A stretch of 32,000 nt of DNA. It comes from Pseudomonas aeruginosa (GTDB lineage Bacteria > Pseudomonadota > Gammaproteobacteria > Pseudomonadales > Pseudomonadaceae). The notes below the pieces were generated by a model that was not told where the DNA came from, ran no database searches, and saw nothing but the letters and a program-made list of their open reading frames with translations. A program made the position numbers and the translations under genes. Positions 27,977 to 32,000 of the stretch are shown in pieces (position 1 is the stretch's first letter; every line of letters begins with the position of its first letter). The stretch covers positions 780,001-812,000 of the forward strand of contig NZ_LN831024.1 of assembly GCF_001457615.1 (NCBI RefSeq), in the 5' to 3' direction.

Positions 27977-28705
27977 CTAACCCTCGTAGACCAGCGCCAC
28001 CTCCACTCCGGCCGGTGCCGCATACTCGGCCATGCGCCGGCGCGACAGCTCGAAATGCGCACGGACGATGTCCGCCGCCGCATCCGGATCGCGCCGCTGG
28101 ATGGCATCGACGATCTGGTCGTGCTGGTCGCAGGCGAGTTCCAGGTCGCGTTGCATGTCGTCGGTGGTCGGATGGCGGTAGAAGATCTTGCCCAGCCGCG
28201 CATGGTCGATCAGCAAGCGGCGCAGGCTCGGCATGAGGTAGTCGTTGTGGGCCATCCTGCCGATCTCCAGGTGGAAGGCGTCGTTGTGGATGACGCGGTT
28301 TTCCACATGCTTCTCTTCGATGGCCTTGCGGAAATCTTCCTGGATCGCCTTGAGCGTCTCGATCTCCGCTTCGCTGGCATGGGTGGCCGCCAGTTGCGTG
28401 GTGGCGATGTAGATCAGCGGCGCGGCGAGAAAGAAGGCGTGCAGCGAGTCGTGGCTCATGGCCGCGACGCGCGGCGCACGGTTGGCTTCCAGTTCGATGT
28501 AGCCCTCGGCGGCGATCTGCCGCAGCAGTTCGCGCACCGGCGGGCGCGAGAGGCCGAACTCGTCGCACAGGGCGAGTTCGTCGACGACCGCGCCGGGCGC
28601 CAGTTCCATGCTCAGGATCCGCCGGCGCAGCGCATCGCCCAGCACCGCCTTGCGGTCGAAGGGGGCATCGGCGCTGTTCGAGTCGACGTCGGGTTGGGCT
28701 TTCAT
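27977..28705 (-). CDS. GntR-family (FCD subfamily) transcriptional regulator (242 aa)
   Basis: LGDALRRRILSMELAPGAVVDELALCDEFGLSRPPVRELLRQIAAEGYIELEANRAPRVAAMSHDSLHAFFLAAPLIYIATTQLAA: GntR wHTH plus helical FCD effector domain. Start at 28705 (AAAGG upstream) preferred over 28726. Confidence 0.9.
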   Translation of the reverse strand: MKAQPDVDSNSADAPFDRKAVLGDALRRRILSMELAPGAVVDELALCDEFGLSRPPVRELLRQIAAEGYIELEANRAPRVAAMSHDSLHAFFLAAPLIYIATTQLAATHASEAEIETLKAIQEDFRKAIEEKHVENRVIHNDAFHLEIGRMAHNDYLMPSLRRLLIDHARLGKIFYRHPTTDDMQRDLELACDQHDQIVDAIQRRDPDAAADIVRAHFELSRRRMAEYAAPAGVEVALVYEG

Positions 28706-28731
28706 GGAGGCCTTTCTACTTGTCATGGGCT

Positions 28732-28785
28732 TTGTCTACAGTTTGTATAATGACTATAGGGTTCTGTTAGACAATATGTCTACAG
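28732..28785. promoter_or_regulatory. Probable GntR/FCD operator sites upstream of the GntR gene
   Basis: TTGTCTACAG...GTTAGACAATATGTCTACAGG: TGTCTACAG repeated at 28733-28741 and 28777-28785, plus the 15-bp palindrome TAGACA-ATA-TGTCTA (28768-28782). Confidence 0.65.
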
Positions 28786-29011
28786 GTTTTCGGGGCGTCT
28801 CCGCACCGTTCGTCCGCGCTGTTTCCGCTGACGCCGTGGCGTGTGAAAGGGGCAGCCCCCCGAGGGCGTATTTGAGCACATTCCCCCGGCGCGCCAGGGA
28901 GGCGCCAAGTCACATGGCTTGCGCATATGATGGAGCGCCCGGGGTTTTCGCCGTGACGGCAGGCGTCGCGGCCCGCTGGCCGGGAACAAGAAGAACAAGA
29001 GGCACGAATCG

Positions 29012-30034
29012 ATGGAAAGAAGGCGTTTCAGCGCCGCCCTGCAAGGGCAGAACCTCAGGTTCACCGGGGCCGGGGAGGGGGGCTCGGCACGGGCGCGGGT
29101 GGGCTTCCTGCTGCTCGAACACTTTTCCCTGCCGGCCTTCACCCAGGCGCTGGACACCCTGGTGACCGCCAACCTGATCCGCAGCGAGTCCTTCGCGGTG
29201 AGCAACTTCAGCCTGAGCGGCGAGCCGGTGACCAGCGACCTCGGGTTGCTGATCTGCCCGGACCTGGCGCTCGCCTCGGCGGCGTTGCAAGGACTCGACC
29301 TGCTGGTGGTCTGCGGCGGTTTGCGCACGCCCCTGCGCTCGTCCGCCGCGCTGCGGGAAGCGTTGCAGGACGTGGCGTCGCGCGGCGTCGCCCTGGCCGG
29401 GCTGTGGAACGGTGCCTGGTTCCTCGGCGACGCCGGCCTGCTGGATGGCTACCGCTGCTGCATCCATCCCGAGCACCGCGCCGCCCTCGCCGAGATCGCC
29501 CGCAACAGCCAGGTGACCAGCGACAGCTATATGGTCGACCGCGACCGCCTGACCGCGGCCAGCCCCACCGGCGCCTTCAACCTGGCGCTGGAGTGGATCG
29601 CCCGGCGCCACGGGCGCGACCTGGTGGAGGCGGTGGTGGATATCCTCGCCTTCGAGGAGTCGCGCTACCGGCGGGTGCGCCCCGCCCTGCACGAGAAGAT
29701 GAGCGAGCCGCTGCGCGAAGTGATCAACCTGATGTCGGCGAATATCGAGGAACCGCTCAGCCAGGAGCAGCTCGCCCACTACGTGGGGCGCTCGCGGCGG
29801 CAGATCGAGCGATTGTTCCAGCAGCAGCTCGGAACCACGCCGGTGCGCTACTACCTGGAGTTGCGGATCATCGAGTGCCGGCGCCTGCTGCAACATTCCG
29901 ACCTGACCATGCTGGAGGTCCTGGTCGCCTGCGGCTTCGTCTCGCCCAGCCACTTCAGCAAGTGCTACACCGCCTTCTACGGCTACCCGCCGTCGAAAGA
30001 AGTGCGCTACGGCAACGTCCGCTCGACGAAATGA
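29012..30034 (+). CDS. souR: GATase1/DJ-1-like + AraC-family transcriptional regulator (340 aa), SouR-like
   Basis: MERRRFSAALQGQNLRFTGAGEGGSARARVGFLLLEHFSLPAFTQALDTLVTANLI...plus C-terminal AraC HTH (SQEQLAHYVGRSRRQIERLFQQQLGTTPVRYYLELRIIECRRLLQHS...CGFVSPSHFSKCYTAFYGYPPSKE). Symbol assigned from recalled gene order. Confidence 0.75.
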   Translation: MERRRFSAALQGQNLRFTGAGEGGSARARVGFLLLEHFSLPAFTQALDTLVTANLIRSESFAVSNFSLSGEPVTSDLGLLICPDLALASAALQGLDLLVVCGGLRTPLRSSAALREALQDVASRGVALAGLWNGAWFLGDAGLLDGYRCCIHPEHRAALAEIARNSQVTSDSYMVDRDRLTAASPTGAFNLALEWIARRHGRDLVEAVVDILAFEESRYRRVRPALHEKMSEPLREVINLMSANIEEPLSQEQLAHYVGRSRRQIERLFQQQLGTTPVRYYLELRIIECRRLLQHSDLTMLEVLVACGFVSPSHFSKCYTAFYGYPPSKEVRYGNVRSTK

Positions 30035-30104
30035 GGGCGTTCCGCCGGACGCGGCCGGCATGCTAGAACGGACCTTTCGCCCTGGCCTGCGGAGGTCCTG
30101 CGCC

Positions 30105-30527
30105 ATGTCCCAGCCTTTTCTCTGGCGTCGCGTCAACGACTCGTCCGGTTTCGCCGAGCCGCGGGTGTTCATCCGTGTCTACCTGGAACCGGGCAGCATC
30201 GATGCGGCCATCGCTTTCTACGAAGACCTGCAGGGCGTCGCCCACGACATGCGCTTCGACTTTCCCGAGAAACGCCTGACACTCGCCGCGGTCGGCGCCT
30301 TCCTCCTGCTGGAGGGCAGCGACGAGGCGCTGGCGCCGTTCCGCAGCACCACCGGCACCCTGCTGGTGGACGACATCGAGCCCTATCACCGGCGGTTGCT
30401 GGCCGCCGGTGCGCAGATCATCTTCGGGCCGGCGCGCGCGCCCACCGGCGCCTGCTTCAATGCGCTGCTGCCGGACGGCACGGTGGTCGAGTTCGTCCAC
30501 CACCGGCCGCAGCCGGGCGAGGCCTGA
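30105..30527 (+). CDS. VOC (glyoxalase/bleomycin-resistance/PhnB-like) family protein (140 aa)
   Basis: MSQPFLWRRVNDSSGFAEPRVFIRVYLEPGSIDAAIAFYEDLQGVAHDMRFDFPEKRLTLAAVGAFLLLEG...PDGTVVEFVHH: beta-alpha-beta-beta-beta VOC pattern. ATG at 30105 preferred. Confidence 0.8.
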   Translation: MSQPFLWRRVNDSSGFAEPRVFIRVYLEPGSIDAAIAFYEDLQGVAHDMRFDFPEKRLTLAAVGAFLLLEGSDEALAPFRSTTGTLLVDDIEPYHRRLLAAGAQIIFGPARAPTGACFNALLPDGTVVEFVHHRPQPGEA

Positions 30528-30530
30528 ACC

Positions 30531-31169
30531 TCAGCCCTCGCGCCGGGCGGCGCAATCGTCCATGGCCGCGCCGATCGCCTGTTCGCCGCGGGCCAGCAGC
30601 GCTGCGCTGGCGCCGCGGATATCGCGGGCTTCCTTGTTCTGGCTGAGCTTGAACTTGCCGACCAGGCGGGTGATCTCGATTTCGATGCCGACGATCAGCC
30701 GGAGCATCTCGTCGATGTAGTCGGCGGGGCCGTCGGTCATTTTCCAGGGCGTTTCCTGGGTCGCCTCGTGGGTGCGGGTCAGGCGCGCCACCAGGCCGCG
30801 CACATAGCGTTCGTCGTCGCGGATCCGCACCCGGCCGTGGGCGTGGACCACCCGGTAGTTCCAGGTCGGCACCTGGCGGTGGTGCTCCTGCTTGCTCGGG
30901 TACCACTGCGGCGAGATGTAGGCATCGCCGGCGCGGAACACCACCAGCACCTCGTCGCCGTCGCGCAGCTCGCTCCAAACCGGGTTGTTGCGCGCGACAT
31001 GGGCTTCCAGGGTGCCTTGCGCGCCCTTTTCCGGGCTCAGCTCGAACGGCAGGTGGTTGGCGTCCAGGCCCGCTTCGCCGTGGCTGACCAGCAGGCCCAG
31101 CGGATAGTCCCGGATCAGCGCGTGCAGCGCCTGCGGGTCGGACTCTTCGAAATGCGAAGGCAGGTACAT
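30531..31169 (-). CDS. FMN-binding PaiB-type protein (212 aa)
   Basis: MYLPSHFEESDPQALHALIRDYPLGLLVSHGEAGLDANHLPFEL...GTLEAHVARNNPVWSEL...VVFRAGDAYISPQWYPSKQEHHRQVPTWNYRVVHAHGRVRI: diagnostic PaiB/FMN-bind_2 motifs. Confidence 0.9.
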   Translation of the reverse strand: MYLPSHFEESDPQALHALIRDYPLGLLVSHGEAGLDANHLPFELSPEKGAQGTLEAHVARNNPVWSELRDGDEVLVVFRAGDAYISPQWYPSKQEHHRQVPTWNYRVVHAHGRVRIRDDERYVRGLVARLTRTHEATQETPWKMTDGPADYIDEMLRLIVGIEIEITRLVGKFKLSQNKEARDIRGASAALLARGEQAIGAAMDDCAARREG

Positions 31170-31196
31170 GTTCTGTTCTCCTCGGGGACTCGGCCC

Positions 31197-31916
31197 TTAT
31201 ACGCTGTCGGTGGGTTCCGTCGCCACGCACAGCAGGCGCGAGTCGGCGCGCATGCCGGGCATCATCAGGCGCAATTCGTCGAGCAGCAGGCCGCCCGCTT
31301 CGTGCAGGGCCGCCAGCGGCATTTCCGGCAGGCTCTCGAGGATGAACCACATGCGCTGGGCGCTGGCGTCCAGGCGGGTGCGCACGCCCTGGCGCCAGTT
31401 CCAGCGGCGGCAGGTGACGCCGAGGTCGTCGCGCCAGACCACCTCGCCGGGGTCGGGGGATTCGTCGACCGCCTCGCCGTTCTTCAGGGTGTCGAAGGTC
31501 TCGCTGCCGTCGGCGACCACCAGGCGCGGCGTGCCGGCATAGGCGGCGAGGTTCTCGCCGCCTACCGGAATGGCGAATTGCACGCTGATGGCGTTGTACA
31601 GGTCCACCACCGGGTCGATGCTCGGCAGCCCACCGTCGCGCAGCGCACGCTTGCGCAGGGCTTCGGCGGAGCAGGGGGTGCGCTGCGGCTTGGCGCCGAA
31701 GCGGCGGAACGCCTCGGCCCAGGCTGCCAGGTGCGCCTCGGCCCAGTCCGGTTCGCCACGCGCCAGCGCCTGGCAGGCGCGCTCTACGGCGCGGTCGGCG
31801 ATTTCCGGACGAACGATCGGCGCCGCCTCGACGGTGAGGCTCAGGGCGCGGAAACCGGGGGCGAGGGCGGCCACCTCGGCGGCGATGACGGGGAGGATCG
31901 GGGCGTGCTCGGGCAT
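31197..31916 (-). CDS. Stand-alone B3/B4 (PheRS-beta-like) tRNA-binding domain protein (239 aa)
   Basis: MPEHAPILPVIAAEVAALAPGFRALSLTVEAAP...RTPCSAEALRKRALRDGGLPSIDPVVDLYNAISVQFAIPVGGENLAAYAG...LRLVVADGSETF-type C-terminal B3/B4 motifs including GEVVWRDDLGVTCRRWNWRQG. Confidence 0.82.
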   Translation of the reverse strand: MPEHAPILPVIAAEVAALAPGFRALSLTVEAAPIVRPEIADRAVERACQALARGEPDWAEAHLAAWAEAFRRFGAKPQRTPCSAEALRKRALRDGGLPSIDPVVDLYNAISVQFAIPVGGENLAAYAGTPRLVVADGSETFDTLKNGEAVDESPDPGEVVWRDDLGVTCRRWNWRQGVRTRLDASAQRMWFILESLPEMPLAALHEAGGLLLDELRLMMPGMRADSRLLCVATEPTDSV

Positions 31917-32000
31917 GGTCGTCTTCAGGGTTCGGTGAGATGGAGGGGGCGGGGCATTCGGCTTGGCCGGCGCGTAAAGCGGTAGGTGGATTTTCTACCA

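Overview
High-GC (~67%) chromosomal window that I recognise from its protein sequences and gene order as Pseudomonas aeruginosa core genome, roughly the PA4207-PA4181 region (locus numbers are from memory, not a database search). Left to right: the 5' part of the mexGHI-opmD phenazine/quinolone-linked RND efflux operon (mexI cut by the left edge, mexH, mexG) with a clear SoxR box and 19-bp-spaced promoter; ppgL; nmoR/nmoA; ddlA; a metallo-beta-lactamase-fold hydrolase; an acyl-CoA dehydrogenase plus acyl-CoA synthetase pair; the bfiS/bfiR two-component system; a polar amino-acid ABC transporter with a 2OG/Fe(II)-oxygenase-like gene in one apparent operon; pqsL; a GntR/FAD-oxidoreductase/MFS/DHDPS-family/ALDH catabolic cluster; a souR-like GATase1-AraC regulator; and three small cytoplasmic protein genes. 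I see no prophage, transposase, CRISPR array, rRNA or tRNA. I find no convincing new defence or mobile system. The best leads are regulatory and contextual: AT-rich palindromes upstream of both bfiS and the adjacent ABC transporter, a structured segment with a 29-codon micro-ORF entering a REP element, dispersed REP/BIME elements, and an uncharacterised amine/sugar-acid-type catabolic cluster with a clear GntR-type operator. Most very long plus-strand ORFs in the supplied track are shadow ORFs of real minus-strand genes.
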